Shown: positions 35,464 through 53,249, counted from the first letter of the stretch. The stretch is 64,000 bases of DNA from Escherichia coli (GCF_003334355.1 NZ_QOWP01000006.1); one strand, 5' to 3'. The notes: a model not told the origin generated them from the sequence alone. Numbers and translations are program-made.

Positions 35464-36750
35464 TTACGCGTTATAGGCATTCTCGCCGTGGCTGTTGACA
35501 TCCAGCCCTTCTCGCTCCTGCTCTTCCGGTACACGCAGACCAACCGTCAGATCCGCCAATTTGTAGCCGATAAATGCCACAACACCGGACCAGACGATCG
35601 TAATGGCGATGCTTTCCAGCTGTACCAGCAACTGATGGCCCATCGTCACACCTTCAGCGAAGCCCACGCCGCCCAGCGAGCTGGCGGCAAAAATCCCGGT
35701 CATGATACAGCCGACAATGCCACAAACGCCGTGCACACCGAAGACATCGCAGGGATCATCCACCCGCAGCAAGCGTTTGAGCATGGTAACGCCCCACAAG
35801 CCCGCCAGACCAGCTACCACGCCGATAATCAACGCGCCGCCAACCCCAATGTAGCCGCAGGCTGGCGTCACGCCGACCAGACCGGCAATCGCGCCAGAAC
35901 ACGCCCCCAGCAGTGAAGGCTTACCACGCAGCGCCCATTCACCGAAGATCCAGCCAAGAATTGCCGCCGCCGTTGCGACCACAGTATTCACAAATGCCAG
36001 TGCCGCGATTTCATTCGCCGTGCCCGCTGACCCGGCGTTAAAGCCAAACCAACCGATATAGAGAATGGCAGTCCCGGTGAAGACCATCGGCAGGTTGTGC
36101 GGTTTAAACGCCTCTTTACCGAAGCCCACGCGTTTTCCTATCAGATACGCGCCCACCAGACCGGCGATTGCGGCGTTAATGTGCACCACGGTGCCACCCG
36201 CGAAATCCAGCGCACCGTGAGAAGCCAGCAAACCACCGCCCCACACCATATGCGCAATCGGAATGTAAGAGAGCGTCAGCCATACCACCACGAAAATCAA
36301 CACAGCTGAGAAGCGGATTCGTTCCGCCAGCGCCCCAACTATCAAGCCGACGGTAATGCAGGCAAACGATCCCTGAAACGCCACGTGGATATACTGATAA
36401 ATGCTGCCCATCACCGCCGTCAGTTCGATGTTTTTCAGCATCAACCAGTTAATGTTGCCGAAGAAGTTGTTGCCCTCACCAAACGCCAGCGAGTAACCGT
36501 AAACCACCCAGAGAATACAGACCAGTGCAAATGTCACCGTCACCTGCGTCAGCATCGACAGCACGTTTTTGCCGCGAATCAACCCACCGTAAAACAGGGC
36601 AATCCCCGGAATAGTCATAAACAGCACCAGCGCAGTACAAATCATCATAAACGCATTGTCGGCTTTATCGGCCACCGCAGGTGCAGCCATTACCAGTCCC
36701 GGAAGCATCGCCAGTGAAGCAAGCCCAGTTTTTATCGTCGCTATCTTCAT
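35464..36750 (-). CDS. amtB: Ammonium channel AmtB
   Basis: ORF 35464..36750(-), 428 aa; signal peptide then 11-TM Amt/MEP fold; translationally adjacent to glnK. Confidence 0.96.
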   Translation of the reverse strand: MKIATIKTGLASLAMLPGLVMAAPAVADKADNAFMMICTALVLFMTIPGIALFYGGLIRGKNVLSMLTQVTVTFALVCILWVVYGYSLAFGEGNNFFGNINWLMLKNIELTAVMGSIYQYIHVAFQGSFACITVGLIVGALAERIRFSAVLIFVVVWLTLSYIPIAHMVWGGGLLASHGALDFAGGTVVHINAAIAGLVGAYLIGKRVGFGKEAFKPHNLPMVFTGTAILYIGWFGFNAGSAGTANEIAALAFVNTVVATAAAILGWIFGEWALRGKPSLLGACSGAIAGLVGVTPACGYIGVGGALIIGVVAGLAGLWGVTMLKRLLRVDDPCDVFGVHGVCGIVGCIMTGIFAASSLGGVGFAEGVTMGHQLLVQLESIAITIVWSGVVAFIGYKLADLTVGLRVPEEQEREGLDVNSHGENAYNA

Positions 36751-36779
36751 TTTTCGTTCCTGTTGCTGTGTGCCAGAGA

Positions 36780-37118
36780 TTACAGCGCCGCTTCGTCGGC
36801 TTCGCCGGTACGAATACGAATGACGCGTTGCAATTCAGCGACGAAGATTTTGCCGTCGCCAATTTTTCCGGTGTAAGCCGCCTTACTGACGATATCGATC
36901 ACTTCATCGAGTTGGTCATCAGCAATCGCCACATCAATTTTTACTTTTGGCAGGAAATTGACGCTGTATTCCGCCCCCCGGTACAGCTCGGCATGCCCTT
37001 TCTGACGCCCGAAACCTTTCACTTCGGTGACGGTCAGGCCCTGAATACCAATGGAAGATAACGCTTCACGAACGTCTTCCAGCTTGAATGGTTTGATTAT
37101 CACGGTCACCAGCTTCAT
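36780..37118 (-). CDS. glnK: Nitrogen regulatory protein PII-2 GlnK
   Basis: Start at MKLVTVIIKPFKL inside ORF 36780..37256(-) gives 112 aa; PII T-loop with Tyr51 (RGAEY). Confidence 0.95.
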   Translation of the reverse strand: MKLVTVIIKPFKLEDVREALSSIGIQGLTVTEVKGFGRQKGHAELYRGAEYSVNFLPKVKIDVAIADDQLDEVIDIVSKAAYTGKIGDGKIFVAELQRVIRIRTGEADEAAL

Positions 37119-37159
37119 AGATCCCCTCCGGTCAGAATTCGGTAATGGTTCTGCTACAC

Positions 37160-37176
37160 GAAGAAGGTATTGCAAG
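37160..37176 (-). promoter_or_regulatory. sigma54 (-24/-12) promoter of glnK-amtB
   Basis: Minus strand reads TGGCACACCGCTTGCAA, an exact match to the TGGCAC-N5-TTGCA sigma54 consensus, about 40 nt upstream of the glnK ATG. Confidence 0.85.
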
Positions 37177-37239
37177 CGGTGTGCCAGAAATGAAAAACGA
37201 GAAAGAGAGCAGGAAGTTAAGAAGTTTGAAAATGAAAAC

Positions 37240-37254
37240 GCACTATGACAGTGC
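37240..37254. promoter_or_regulatory. Candidate NtrC enhancer half-site pair (GCAC-N7-GTGC) upstream of the glnK sigma54 promoter
   Basis: GCACTATGACAGTGC dyad located about 70-90 bp upstream of the -24/-12 element, the usual enhancer position. Confidence 0.5.
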
Positions 37255-37298
37255 ACAGTGCGTTACATTTTTGCACCAACGATGAAATATTGCGCTAT

Positions 37299-40845
<3,547 letters not shown>

Positions 40846-40874
40846 GCGTTGTGTCCTGACCTGATTCTGGATAT

Positions 40875-41333
40875 TTATTCGATGGGTAAAGAAGTGGTGT
40901 ATTTAATCTGTTCCATCGCGAAGCTGGAAGTGACGTCCGACAGCCCCGGCACGCTGTTTACCAGACGCTTATAAAACTCGTCGTAGCGTTTCATGTCGGC
41001 AACCTGGACGCGCATCAGATAATCGTATTCACCGGCCATGCGCCAGAACCCCAGCACTTCTGGCATTTCGGTAACCACCGTGACAAAGCGGCAATACCAT
41101 TCGCTGCTGTGATGTTGCGTTTTTATCAGCACAAAAGCGGTCAGGCCGAGGCCTATTTTTTCCGGATCCAGCAGGGCGACTTTGCCGATAAGGATACCGT
41201 CGTCCTCCAGCCGTTTCAGGCGCTTCCAGCAAGGGGTGGTTGTCAGATTAACGGCTTCAGCCAGTGCCTGCAAAGAGAGGGTGCAATCCTGCTGCAGTAA
41301 GGCCAGCAGCTTACGGTCAATTTTATCTAACAT
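40875..41333 (-). CDS. decR: Lrp/AsnC-family transcriptional regulator DecR (YbaO)
   Basis: Start at [16 protein letters not shown] inside ORF 40875..41459(-) gives 152 aa; N-terminal HTH and C-terminal RAM domain typical of the Lrp/AsnC family. Confidence 0.9.
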
Positions 41334-41484
41334 AGCCCTTCCACAGAGAATTTTTTTCTCTTTTAATTCTATTTTAAAGGTGAAATCACGACAATTTATT
41401 CTGTGCGGTTTAAACACCACGGCACAAAATGACAAATTCAACGCAAAAAAACCGGGCAATTGCCCGGTGCTGGAAGGGATCTCA

Positions 41485-42303
41485 TTATTCGGGGGAATAA
41501 GGTAGATGTGGATAGTCCAGCCAGTGCGTCAAATAGTGAGAGACAGCCTGATTTCGGCAATGTCCAATCACCGGTAAATGCGGGAGCTCCGCGCGCAGTT
41601 GCGGCATCGCATTGCCCATAATAAACCCGCTACCGACGCTGCCTAACATTTCGCGATCGTTCATCGCATCACCAAAGGCCATGCAATCGCGCAACGATAA
41701 ACCTAAATGTTGGGTCAGCACCGTCAATGCAGCGCCTTTATTGCAGCCCACCGGCAGCACTTCGAGGCAATCCGTGGCGGAAAAACACAAATGTGCACGC
41801 TCGCCTAATGCTTCGTATAGCTGGATCTGCAAGCGTGTAAGATCGTCGTGATCGCCACAGAAGCAGATCTTGGTGACACTGCCGAGTGGCATTTTTTTGA
41901 CATCGATTATCTGATAACGAAAACCGCTATAGACAAATGCCTGCAACAACGCAGGGATCTCTTTCCCGGTAAACCAACCGTCGTCATTGAAGATATGCAT
42001 GCTGGCTCGGGTATCCCATTGCTGATACAGCACCAGCTCCGCGACATCCGCAGGTAAATCATCACGATGTAAAAGTTCACCTTCCAGAGAATGCACGCGC
42101 GTTCCGTTGCCGGTAATCAAATATGCATCCAGCGATAGCGCCCCGAGAATATGCTGCATCTCCAGCGCATGACGCCCCGTGGCAAAAGTGAGGGTAATGT
42201 CGCGTTCACGCAGTCGCGCCAAAGTAGAGAGGGTTTTCTCACCTAAATGATGGTCAGGCATCAATAAAGTGCCATCCATATCAAATGCTGCCAGACGAGC
42301 CAT
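41485..42303 (-). CDS. cof: HAD-family HMP-PP phosphatase Cof
   Basis: Start at [14 protein letters not shown] inside ORF 41485..42315(-) gives 272 aa; HAD motif I DMDGTLL. Confidence 0.92.
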
Positions 42304-42402
42304 TTCTTTCTCCACTCTGTGACACGGTTAATGGTGATTGAGTATCACCTGATATATACGGAAGTAATAGTGAATAGTGAAATAATATTGTTCCGGGTTT
42401 AT

Positions 42403-44103
42403 ATGCGATTGCTCAACCGTCTTAACCAGTATCAACGTCTGTGGCAACCTTCAGCCGGAAAGCCGCAAACCGTCACCGTCAGCGAACTGGCCGAACGCTG
42501 TTTTTGCAGCGAACGCCATGTTCGTACGCTGTTGCGTCAGGCACAGGAGGCGGGATGGCTGGAGTGGCAGGCGCAGTCAGGACGCGGAAAGCGCGGACAA
42601 TTACGCTTTCTGGTCACGCCGGAATCGCTACGCAATGCGATGATGGAACAGGCACTGGAAACCGGAAAGCAGCAAGATGTGCTGGAGCTGGCGCAACTGG
42701 CCCCAGGTGAGCTGCGCACTCTGTTACAGCCGTTTATGGGCGGACAATGGCAAAACGATACACCCACGTTGCGTATTCCCTACTATCGCCCGCTCGAACC
42801 GCTACAACCAGGCTTTTTGCCCGGCCGTGCCGAGCAGCATCTCGCCGGGCAGATATTTTCCGGCCTGACCCGCTTCGATAATAATACTCAGCGCCCGATT
42901 GGCGATTTAGCGCATCACTGGGAAACCTCTACTGACGGGTTACGCTGGGACTTTTATCTTCGTTCAACCCTACACTGGCATAACGGCGATGCAGTAAAAG
43001 CCTCACACTTACACCAGCGATTATTGATGCTGTTACAACTGCCAGCACTGGATCAATTATTTATTAGCGTGAAGCGTATTGAAGTCACCCATCCGCAGTG
43101 TCTGACCTTCTTTTTACATCGCCCCGATTACTGGCTTGCGCACCGGCTGGCGAGCTATTGCAGCCATCTGGTGCATCCGCAATTCCCACTGATCGGCACT
43201 GGTCCTTTTCGCTTAACACAATTCACAGCGGAGCTGGTGCGCCTGGAGAGCCATGATTATTACCATTTGCGTCATCCGCTGCTTAAAGCGGTTGAGTACT
43301 GGATAACTCCGCCGCTTTTCGAAAAAGATTTGGGAACCAGTTGTCGGCATCCCGTGCAAATCACCATCGGCAAACCGGAGGAGCTGCAACGGGTCAGCCA
43401 GGTCAGTAGTGGCATCAGTTTAGGTTTTTGCTATTTAACGTTGCGCAAAAGTCCCCGACTCTCCCTCTGGCAGGCGCGAAAAGTGATCTCCATTATTCAT
43501 CAATCCGGTTTATTACAAACGTTAGAAGTCGGAGAAAACCTGATCACCGCCAGTCATGCATTACTGCCAGGCTGGACTATTCCGCACTGGCAAGTACCGG
43601 ATGAAGTCAAACTACCGAAAACCTTGACGCTGGTTTATCACCTACCGATAGAACTTCATACCATGGCAGAACGCCTACAGGCGACACTGTCAGCGGAAGG
43701 CTGTGAACTCACAATTATTTTTCATAACGCAAAAAACTGGGACGACACGACCCTACTGGCACACGCAGACCTCATGATGGGCGACAGATTAATTGGCGAA
43801 GCACCGGAATATACTCTGGAGCAATGGCTACGTTGCGATCCACTGTGGCCACATGTTTTCGACGCTCCAGCATATGCACATCTGCAATCGACGCTGGACG
43901 CGGTGCAAGTAATGCCTGATGAGGAAAACCGATTTAATGCCCTGAAAGCGGTTTTTAGCCAGTTAATGGCAGACGCGACGCTGACGCCGCTGTTCAACTA
44001 TCACTATCGCATTAGTGCCCCTCCCGGCGTGAACGGTGTGCGACTGACACCGCGCGGCTGGTTTGAATTTACCGAAGCCTGGCTTCCCGCGCCGTCGCAA
44101 TGA
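42403..44103 (+). CDS. ybaE: Uncharacterised protein YbaE (SgrR-like N-terminal domain fused to solute-binding-protein family 5 domain)
   Basis: Start at MRLLNRLNQYQRLWQ inside ORF 42319..44103(+) gives 566 aa; recognised as YbaE; domain assignment from memory of the family. Confidence 0.8.
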   Translation: MRLLNRLNQYQRLWQPSAGKPQTVTVSELAERCFCSERHVRTLLRQAQEAGWLEWQAQSGRGKRGQLRFLVTPESLRNAMMEQALETGKQQDVLELAQLAPGELRTLLQPFMGGQWQNDTPTLRIPYYRPLEPLQPGFLPGRAEQHLAGQIFSGLTRFDNNTQRPIGDLAHHWETSTDGLRWDFYLRSTLHWHNGDAVKASHLHQRLLMLLQLPALDQLFISVKRIEVTHPQCLTFFLHRPDYWLAHRLASYCSHLVHPQFPLIGTGPFRLTQFTAELVRLESHDYYHLRHPLLKAVEYWITPPLFEKDLGTSCRHPVQITIGKPEELQRVSQVSSGISLGFCYLTLRKSPRLSLWQARKVISIIHQSGLLQTLEVGENLITASHALLPGWTIPHWQVPDEVKLPKTLTLVYHLPIELHTMAERLQATLSAEGCELTIIFHNAKNWDDTTLLAHADLMMGDRLIGEAPEYTLEQWLRCDPLWPHVFDAPAYAHLQSTLDAVQVMPDEENRFNALKAVFSQLMADATLTPLFNYHYRISAPPGVNGVRLTPRGWFEFTEAWLPAPSQ

Positions 44104-44167
44104 ATAGCTGGTCCGGGTTAATCGCAGGCGTTACCATAACGCTTTTATTGTTCAAGCAGGATTATCT

Positions 44168-44863
44168 ATGAAACGTGCTGTCGTTGTGTTCAGTGGAGGC
44201 CAGGATTCCACCACCTGTCTGGTGCAGGCATTACAACAATATGATGAAGTCCATTGCGTGACGTTCGATTACGGTCAGCGACATCGCGCAGAAATCGACG
44301 TGGCACGCGAACTGGCGCTGAAACTGGGAGCACGCGCGCATAAGGTTCTTGATGTAACGCTGCTCAACGAGCTGGCGGTCAGCAGCCTGACGCGTGACAG
44401 CATTCCGGTGCCTGATTATGAACCTGAAGCCGATGGCATCCCGAATACGTTTGTCCCAGGGCGTAATATTTTGTTCCTGACGCTGGCGGCAATATATGCG
44501 TATCAGGTAAAAGCAGAAGCCGTAATTACTGGCGTCTGCGAAACGGATTTCTCCGGCTACCCGGATTGCCGCGATGAGTTTGTGAAAGCACTAAACCATG
44601 CCGTCAGTTTGGGCATGGCGAAAGATATTCGTTTTGAAACGCCGCTGATGTGGATTGATAAAGCGGAAACCTGGGCGCTGGCAGATTATTACGGCAAACT
44701 GGATTTAGTCCGTAACGAAACGTTGACCTGCTATAACGGCATTAAAGGCAACGGTTGCGGTCATTGTGCGGCATGTAATTTACGCGCCAACGGTTTGAAT
44801 CATTATCTGGCCGATAAACCGACGGTGATGGCAGCGATGAAGCAGAAAACCGGGTTGAGGTAA
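44168..44863 (+). CDS. queC: 7-cyano-7-deazaguanine synthase QueC
   Basis: ORF 44168..44863(+), 231 aa; PP-loop ATP pyrophosphatase motif [11 protein letters not shown] and C-terminal Cys cluster (CGHCAAC). Confidence 0.94.
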   Translation: MKRAVVVFSGGQDSTTCLVQALQQYDEVHCVTFDYGQRHRAEIDVARELALKLGARAHKVLDVTLLNELAVSSLTRDSIPVPDYEPEADGIPNTFVPGRNILFLTLAAIYAYQVKAEAVITGVCETDFSGYPDCRDEFVKALNHAVSLGMAKDIRFETPLMWIDKAETWALADYYGKLDLVRNETLTCYNGIKGNGCGHCAACNLRANGLNHYLADKPTVMAAMKQKTGLR

Positions 44864-44877
44864 TTATTCCGGGTGTC

Positions 44878-44903
44878 GCCGGATGCGGCTTGAGCATCCG
44901 GCA
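44878..44903. repeat. Single REP-like palindrome acting as bidirectional terminator between queC and fadM
   Basis: GCCGGATGC-GGCTTGA-GCATCCGGC perfect inverted repeat between convergent stops. Confidence 0.75.
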
Positions 44904-44914
44904 CCACAAAACGT

Positions 44915-45313
44915 TTACTTAACCATCTGCTCCAGCTTTTCGCGCAATTCCCCTTCCAGAGCTAATGCTTTCTGCGTTTTAAGATCAATACAAACAAACG
45001 TAATAAGCGCATCCGCTACCACCTGCCCTTCCGGCTCCAGTGTAATGACCTGGCTTAAGATGCCGCTTTTACCGTTTAATTGCTGCAACTGACTGGTAAT
45101 AGTTAACAGGTCACTTAATACCGCTGGGCGACGATAGTTAATATTGATATTGACCACGACGAAGGCGATGTTATGGGCCGTCATCCACTGAAAACTGTCG
45201 CTATTTTCCAACCCATCCCAGCGGGCTTCTTCGAGAAATTCAAGGTAGCGGGCGTTGTTGACGTGCTGGTAAACGTCGAGATGATATCCACGAACTTTGA
45301 TTTGTGTTTGCAT
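44915..45313 (-). CDS. fadM: Long-chain acyl-CoA thioesterase III FadM (YbaW)
   Basis: ORF 44915..45313(-), 132 aa; hot-dog fold thioesterase (4HBT family). Confidence 0.9.
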   Translation of the reverse strand: MQTQIKVRGYHLDVYQHVNNARYLEFLEEARWDGLENSDSFQWMTAHNIAFVVVNININYRRPAVLSDLLTITSQLQQLNGKSGILSQVITLEPEGQVVADALITFVCIDLKTQKALALEGELREKLEQMVK

Positions 45314-45354
45314 AGCGCAATAACCTTACGTTGTTGTTATAAGTACAGAGGTCA

Positions 45355-47800
<2,446 letters not shown>

Positions 47801-47991
47801 GGTGTAACAACACTCCGCTGTAGATGACTGTGTACCTCACGCAACGTATCGATGCGCGCAAAGGCCTATTGTGACAAGAAACGGGGGCAATTGTCAGCCC
47901 ACAAGACGCAGAAAGTCACCGAATACAAATAAAAAAGGCACATCAGTAGATGCGCCCTTGAACTTCGTCACATCCCCACTGGGGACAACGC

Positions 47992-48264
47992 TTAGTTTAC
48001 CGCGTCTTTCAGTGCTTTACCTGCACGGAAGCTCGGTACTTTAGCAGCAGCGATGGTGATCTCTTTACCGGTCTGCGGGTTGCGGCCAGTACGGGCAGCA
48101 CGCTCTTTAACGGCAAAAGTACCAAAACCTACCAGTGCTACATCATCCCCTTCTTTCAGAGATTCAGTTACGGAAGCAATAATAGCATCTAACGCACGGC
48201 CAGCCGCAGCTTTAGAGATATCAGCCCCTGCAGCAATCTTGTCGATCAATTGAGATTTATTCAC
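47992..48264 (-). CDS. hupB: DNA-binding protein HU-beta
   Basis: ORF 47992..48264(-), 90 aa; canonical HU sequence ([26 protein letters not shown]...). Confidence 0.97.
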
Positions 48265-48472
48265 TCTTCTCTTCCTCTTTATAATTTATATCGCACTTGA
48301 ATCCTTCAAGGTACGAACGCGCAGCAGTTATATCAGGCCAGCCATCCCCTTACAACACCCCTTAATAAGGGCAAGCCCGATCCGCCATCTAACTTAGCGA
48401 GACAAAAAAAGGCTGGCAAGCCCGAATTAGCCTGCCAGCCCTGTTTTTATTAGTGCATTTTGCGCGAGGTCA

Positions 48473-50827
48473 CTATTTTGCAGTCACAACCTGCATGCCA
48501 GACGGTTCATTTTGCAGCGCCAGAGTCAGAACTTCCTCAATGCGCTTCACAGGATGAATGTCCAGATCGGCAATTACGTTGTCAGGAATCTCTTCCAGAT
48601 CGCGTTTATTTTCGAACGGAATTAACACTGTTTTAATCCCGCCGCGATGCGCTGCCAGGAGTTTTTCTTTCAAACCACCGATCGGCAGTACCTGACCACG
48701 CAGAGTGATCTCACCGGTCATTGCCACATCGGCACGAACCGGGTTACCGGTCAGGCAAGAAACCAGCGCGGTGCACATAGCAATACCGGCACTCGGACCA
48801 TCTTTCGGCGTCGCACCTTCCGGTACGTGGACGTGGATGTCGCGTTTTTCGTAAAAATCAGGGTTGATCCCCAGTTTTTCCGCACGCGCACGAACCACCG
48901 TTAACGCCGCCTGAATGGACTCCTGCATCACTTCGCCGAGCGAACCGGTATAGGTCAGTTTGCCTTTACCCGGAACACATGCGGTTTCAATGGTCAGCAA
49001 GTCACCGCCCACTTCCGTCCACGCCAGACCGGTTACCTGACCGACACGGTTTTCGTTATCCGCGCGACCATAGTCGAAACGCTGAACACCGAGATAGTCA
49101 TGCAGGTTATCGCCGTTAATTTCGATATGTTTTAATGACTTATCGAGCAGTAACTGCTTAACCGCTTTGCGACACAGTTTGGAGATTTCACGCTCCAGAC
49201 CACGCACGCCCGCCTCACGGGTGTAGTAACGAATAATGCCGATAATGGCGCTATCGTCGACGGTCAGCTCACCTTTTTTCAGTGCATTACGTTCAATCTG
49301 CTTCGGCAGCAGGTGACGTTTGGCGATGTTCAGTTTTTCATCTTCGGTATAACCGGAGAGGCGAATCACTTCCATACGATCCAGCAGCGGTGCCGGAATG
49401 TTCATGGAGTTCGACGTCGCGACAAACATCACGTCGCTGAGATCGTAATCCACTTCCAGGTAGTGGTCGCTGAACGCTACGTTCTGCTCTGGATCCAGCA
49501 CTTCAAGCAGTGCAGAGGCCGGATCGCCACGCATGTCAGAAGACATTTTGTCGATCTCATCGAGCAGGAACAGCGGGTTTTTCACGCCCACTTTCGCCAT
49601 TTTCTGGATCAGTTTACCCGGCATAGAACCGATGTAAGTACGGCGGTGACCACGGATTTCCGCTTCATCACGCACGCCGCCCAGCGCCATACGGACATAT
49701 TTACGCCCGGTGGCTTTGGCAATGGACTGACCAAGAGAGGTTTTACCTACCCCCGGCGGCCCTACCAGGCAGAGGATCGGTCCCTTGATTTTGTTGACAC
49801 GGCTTTGAACCGCAAGATACTCAAGGATTCGATCTTTCACGCGCTCCAGACCATAATGGTCGGTATCAAGGATTTCCTGCGCCTGACGCAGGTCTTTTTT
49901 GACCTTGCTACGCGCATTCCACGGCACCTGTACCATCCAGTCGATATAACCACGCACTACGGTCGCTTCTGCCGACATCGGAGACATCATTTTCAGCTTC
50001 TGCAACTCTGCTTCCGCTTTCTCTTTTGCTTCTTTCGGCATCTTCGCCGCGTCGATTTTGCGCTTCAGGGCTTCGTTTTCGTCCGGCGCGTCGTCCATTT
50101 CACCGAGTTCTTTCTGAATAGCTTTCATTTGCTCGTTCAGATAGTACTCACGCTGGGATTTCTCCATCTGCTTTTTAACGCGGTTGCGAATGCGTTTCTC
50201 AACCTGCAGCAGATCGATTTCCGATTCCATCATTGCCATCAGATATTCCAGACGTTCGTTAACGTCGGACATCTCCAGAACGGACTGTTTGTCAGCCAGT
50301 TTCAGCGGCATATGTGCAGCAATGGTATCCGCCAGACGCGCCGGATCGTCGATGCTATTCAACGACGTCAGCACTTCTGGTGGGATTTTTTTGTTCAGCT
50401 TGATGTAGCCTTCGAACTGGCTGATTGCAGTACGCACCAGCACTTCCTGTTCTCGCTCATCAATGGTCGGCGACTCCAGATACTCCGCCTTCGCAGAAAA
50501 GTGTTCGCCATTGTCAGAGAGCGCAGAAATACGCGCGCGCTGTAACCCCTCGACCAGCACTTTGACGGTGCCGTCAGGCAGCTTCAGCATCTGCAATATA
50601 GAGGCCACGGTCCCGACGGTGAAAAGATCGTTTACACCCGGCTCATCCGTTGAAGCTTCTTTCTGCGCGACCAGCATAATTTTTTTATCATGGTCCATCG
50701 CCGCTTCCAGACAACGGATAGATTTTTCCCGCCCGACAAATAAGGGGATGACCATGTGCGGATAAACCACCACATCGCGCAGCGGCAATACGGGGATTTC
50801 AATGCGTTCAGAACGCTCAGGATTCAT
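48473..50827 (-). CDS. lon: ATP-dependent protease Lon
   Basis: Start at [18 protein letters not shown] inside ORF 48473..50872(-) gives 784 aa; Walker [10 protein letters not shown]; protease Ser-Lys dyad region PKDGPSAG. Confidence 0.97.
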   Translation of the reverse strand: MNPERSERIEIPVLPLRDVVVYPHMVIPLFVGREKSIRCLEAAMDHDKKIMLVAQKEASTDEPGVNDLFTVGTVASILQMLKLPDGTVKVLVEGLQRARISALSDNGEHFSAKAEYLESPTIDEREQEVLVRTAISQFEGYIKLNKKIPPEVLTSLNSIDDPARLADTIAAHMPLKLADKQSVLEMSDVNERLEYLMAMMESEIDLLQVEKRIRNRVKKQMEKSQREYYLNEQMKAIQKELGEMDDAPDENEALKRKIDAAKMPKEAKEKAEAELQKLKMMSPMSAEATVVRGYIDWMVQVPWNARSKVKKDLRQAQEILDTDHYGLERVKDRILEYLAVQSRVNKIKGPILCLVGPPGVGKTSLGQSIAKATGRKYVRMALGGVRDEAEIRGHRRTYIGSMPGKLIQKMAKVGVKNPLFLLDEIDKMSSDMRGDPASALLEVLDPEQNVAFSDHYLEVDYDLSDVMFVATSNSMNIPAPLLDRMEVIRLSGYTEDEKLNIAKRHLLPKQIERNALKKGELTVDDSAIIGIIRYYTREAGVRGLEREISKLCRKAVKQLLLDKSLKHIEINGDNLHDYLGVQRFDYGRADNENRVGQVTGLAWTEVGGDLLTIETACVPGKGKLTYTGSLGEVMQESIQAALTVVRARAEKLGINPDFYEKRDIHVHVPEGATPKDGPSAGIAMCTALVSCLTGNPVRADVAMTGEITLRGQVLPIGGLKEKLLAAHRGGIKTVLIPFENKRDLEEIPDNVIADLDIHPVKRIEEVLTLALQNEPSGMQVVTAK

Positions 50828-50930
50828 AGAGCTCTCTCTTAGTTTAATTTCCGCCAGGTAATCAGATGACACGACTGTGCTTCACGCCATCTATTAACAT
50901 GTACGTCAGTATATGGGGATGTTTCCCCCA

Positions 50931-50958
50931 CATTCAACGCCGAGAATAGAGGAAAAAT
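50931..50958 (-). promoter_or_regulatory. sigma32 heat-shock promoter of lon
   Basis: Minus strand reads GTTGAATGTGGGGGAAACATCCCCATATACT: -35 TTGAA and -10 CCCCATAT upstream of the lon start. Confidence 0.75.
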
Positions 50959-51014
50959 TAAAGGGGAGATAAAATCCCCCCTTTTTGGTTAACTAATTGT
51001 ATGGGAATGGTTAA

Positions 51015-52289
51015 TTATTCACCAGATGCCTGTTGCGCTTCCGGCTTGCCATAAATCAGCAACGGTTTGCTTTGACCATCAATTACCGACTCGTCGATAA
51101 CCACTTTTTCGACGTCTTCCATGGACGGCAGATCGTACATGGTATCGAGCAGTGCGGCTTCTACGATGGAACGCAGGCCACGGGCACCGGTTTTACGCGC
51201 CATCGCTTTCTTAGCGATAGCATCCAGCGCCTCGTCACGGAATTCCAGATCCACGCCTTCCAGATTAAACAGCGCCTGATACTGCTTGGTCAGGGCGTTT
51301 TTCGGCTCTTTGAGGATCTGAATCAGAGCTTCTTCGCTCAGTTCATTCAACGTTGCGACAACCGGCAGACGACCAATGAACTCAGGGATCAGACCAAACT
51401 TGATCAGATCTTCCGGTTCAACCTGCGCCAGCAGCTCGCCTTCGCTTGCTTTGTCGGACTTCGCTTTTACCGTCGCGCCAAAACCAATGCCGGAGCCGGT
51501 TTCTACACGATGGGAAATCACTTTATCCAGACCGGCAAACGCACCGCCACAAATAAACAGGATCTTAGAGGTATCAACCTGCAAGAATTCCTGCTGCGGA
51601 TGTTTACGCCCACCTTGCGGTGGAACAGCAGCTACCGTACCTTCGATCAGTTTCAACAGTGCCTGCTGTACGCCTTCACCGGAAACGTCTCGGGTAATGG
51701 ACGGGTTGTCTGACTTACGAGAAATCTTGTCGATTTCATCGATGTAGACAATACCACGCTGTGCTTTCTGGACATCGTAGTCGCATTTCTGCAACAGCTT
51801 CTGAATGATGTTTTCAACGTCTTCACCCACATAACCGGCTTCGGTCAGTGTAGTCGCGTCGGCCATGGTGAACGGAACATCCAGCAGGCGCGCCAGCGTT
51901 TCAGCCAGCAGCGTTTTACCGGAACCGGTCGGACCGATCAGCAGAATGTTACTTTTGCCCAACTCGACGCCATTGCTGGTATCGCCGTTGCGCAGACGTT
52001 TGTAATGGTTGTATACCGCGACCGCCAGCACTTTTTTCGCCTGTTCCTGGCCGATAACGTAATCGTCCAGGTGGTTGCGAATTTCATGCGGCGTCGGTAG
52101 CGCACTGCGTTCACGATGCGGTGCAACTTCTTTAATCTCTTCGCGAATGATGTCGTTACATAAATCAACACATTCGTCGCAGATATACACGGATGGACCG
52201 GCAATCAGCTTGCGCACTTCATGCTGGCTTTTGCCGCAAAAAGAGCAATACAGCAATTTGCCTGAGCCATCTTTGCGTTTATCTGTCAT
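51015..52289 (-). CDS. clpX: ATP-dependent Clp protease ATP-binding subunit ClpX
   Basis: ORF 51015..52289(-), 424 aa; N-terminal C4 zinc finger (CSFCGKS...CDEC) and Walker A GPTGSGKT. Confidence 0.97.
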
Positions 52290-52414
52290 GGGTCAAAACC
52301 TCTTCTTTGTTCTTTGTGCCGCACACGACGACGCAAATGCCATTCTCAGGCGCAAGCCGCTTACAGCGTTGTGCCGCCCTGGATAAGTATAGCGGCACAG
52401 TTGCGCCTCTGGCA

Positions 52415-53038
52415 TCAATTACGATGGGTCAGAATCGAATCGACCAGACCGTATTCCACCGCTTCAGGGGCGGAAAGGAAGCGATCGCGCTCGGTATCAC
52501 GTTCAATCTGTTCTAATGATTGACCCGTATGAAGCGCCATAAGTTCATTCATGCGCCCTTTAACTTTCAGAATTTCACGGGCATGAATTTCGATATCGGT
52601 CGCCTGGCCCTGGTAGCCGCCCAACGGTTGGTGAATCATCACGCGCGAATTCGGCAGGCAAAAACGTTTACCTTTTGCCCCTGCGGTCAGCAAGAAAGCG
52701 CCCATCGAGGCCGCCTGGCCCATACAGATGGTGCTGACATCAGGCTTGATAAACTGCATGGTGTCATAGATAGACATCCCGGCAGTGATCACCCCGCCTG
52801 GGGAGTTAATGTACAGATAGATATCTTTTTCTGGGTTTTCCGCTTCCAGGAACAGCATCTGCGCCACAATCAGGTTAGCCATGTGGTCTTCAACCTGGCC
52901 AGTCAGAAAAATGACGCGTTCCTTAAGTAGACGAGAATAGATATCAAAAGAGCGCTCACCGCGTGAGGTCTGTTCAATGACCATCGGCACCAGCGCCATA
53001 TGGGGTGCAAAGTTATCTCGTTCGCCGCTGTATGACAT
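52415..53038 (-). CDS. clpP: ATP-dependent Clp protease proteolytic subunit ClpP
   Basis: ORF 52415..53038(-), 207 aa; catalytic Ser context GQAASMGA; His/Asp downstream. Confidence 0.97.
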   Translation of the reverse strand: MSYSGERDNFAPHMALVPMVIEQTSRGERSFDIYSRLLKERVIFLTGQVEDHMANLIVAQMLFLEAENPEKDIYLYINSPGGVITAGMSIYDTMQFIKPDVSTICMGQAASMGAFLLTAGAKGKRFCLPNSRVMIHQPLGGYQGQATDIEIHAREILKVKGRMNELMALHTGQSLEQIERDTERDRFLSAPEAVEYGLVDSILTHRN

Positions 53039-53118
53039 TTCCGTCTCCTGGATAAAATTGAAAAAACCTGCTGTACCGATTGTAACCTTATGGACGGATT
53101 ATCAGCTAGTCCCTGTGT

Positions 53119-53146
53119 TATGGGTACGGCATCACCATATTTCAAG
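53119..53146 (-). promoter_or_regulatory. Candidate sigma32 promoter of clpP-clpX
   Basis: Minus strand reads CTTGAAATATGGTGATGCCGTACCCATAAC: -35 CTTGAAA and a -10-like CCCATAAC upstream of clpP. Confidence 0.6.
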
Positions 53147-53217
53147 CATAACAATCTTTTGTTGTTACGCTAACACCGAAAGAGGCTTTTCGCACGGTTC
53201 CATGCAAAATTCATGAC

Positions 53218-53249
53218 AAAAAAAAGCCCACCACCTGGCGGTGACGGGC
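53218..53249 (-). terminator. Rho-independent terminator downstream of tig
   Basis: Minus strand GGCCCGTCACCGCCAGGTGGTGGGC followed by TTTTTTTT, directly after the tig stop. Confidence 0.65.

Noticed and set aside
49313-50545. 410 aa ORF on + strand
   Set aside because: Antisense shadow of lon.
48473-50872. N-terminal extensions suggested by the longest-ORF track for lon, adk, apt, ybaB, acrA, glnK, mdlB, decR, cof, ybaE, tesB, atl, ylaC, hha, yajG, bolA, cyoD, cyoE and ybaQ
   Set aside because: In each case an internal Met gives the expected conserved N-terminus and family-typical length; the upstream extensions are untranslated leader read in frame.
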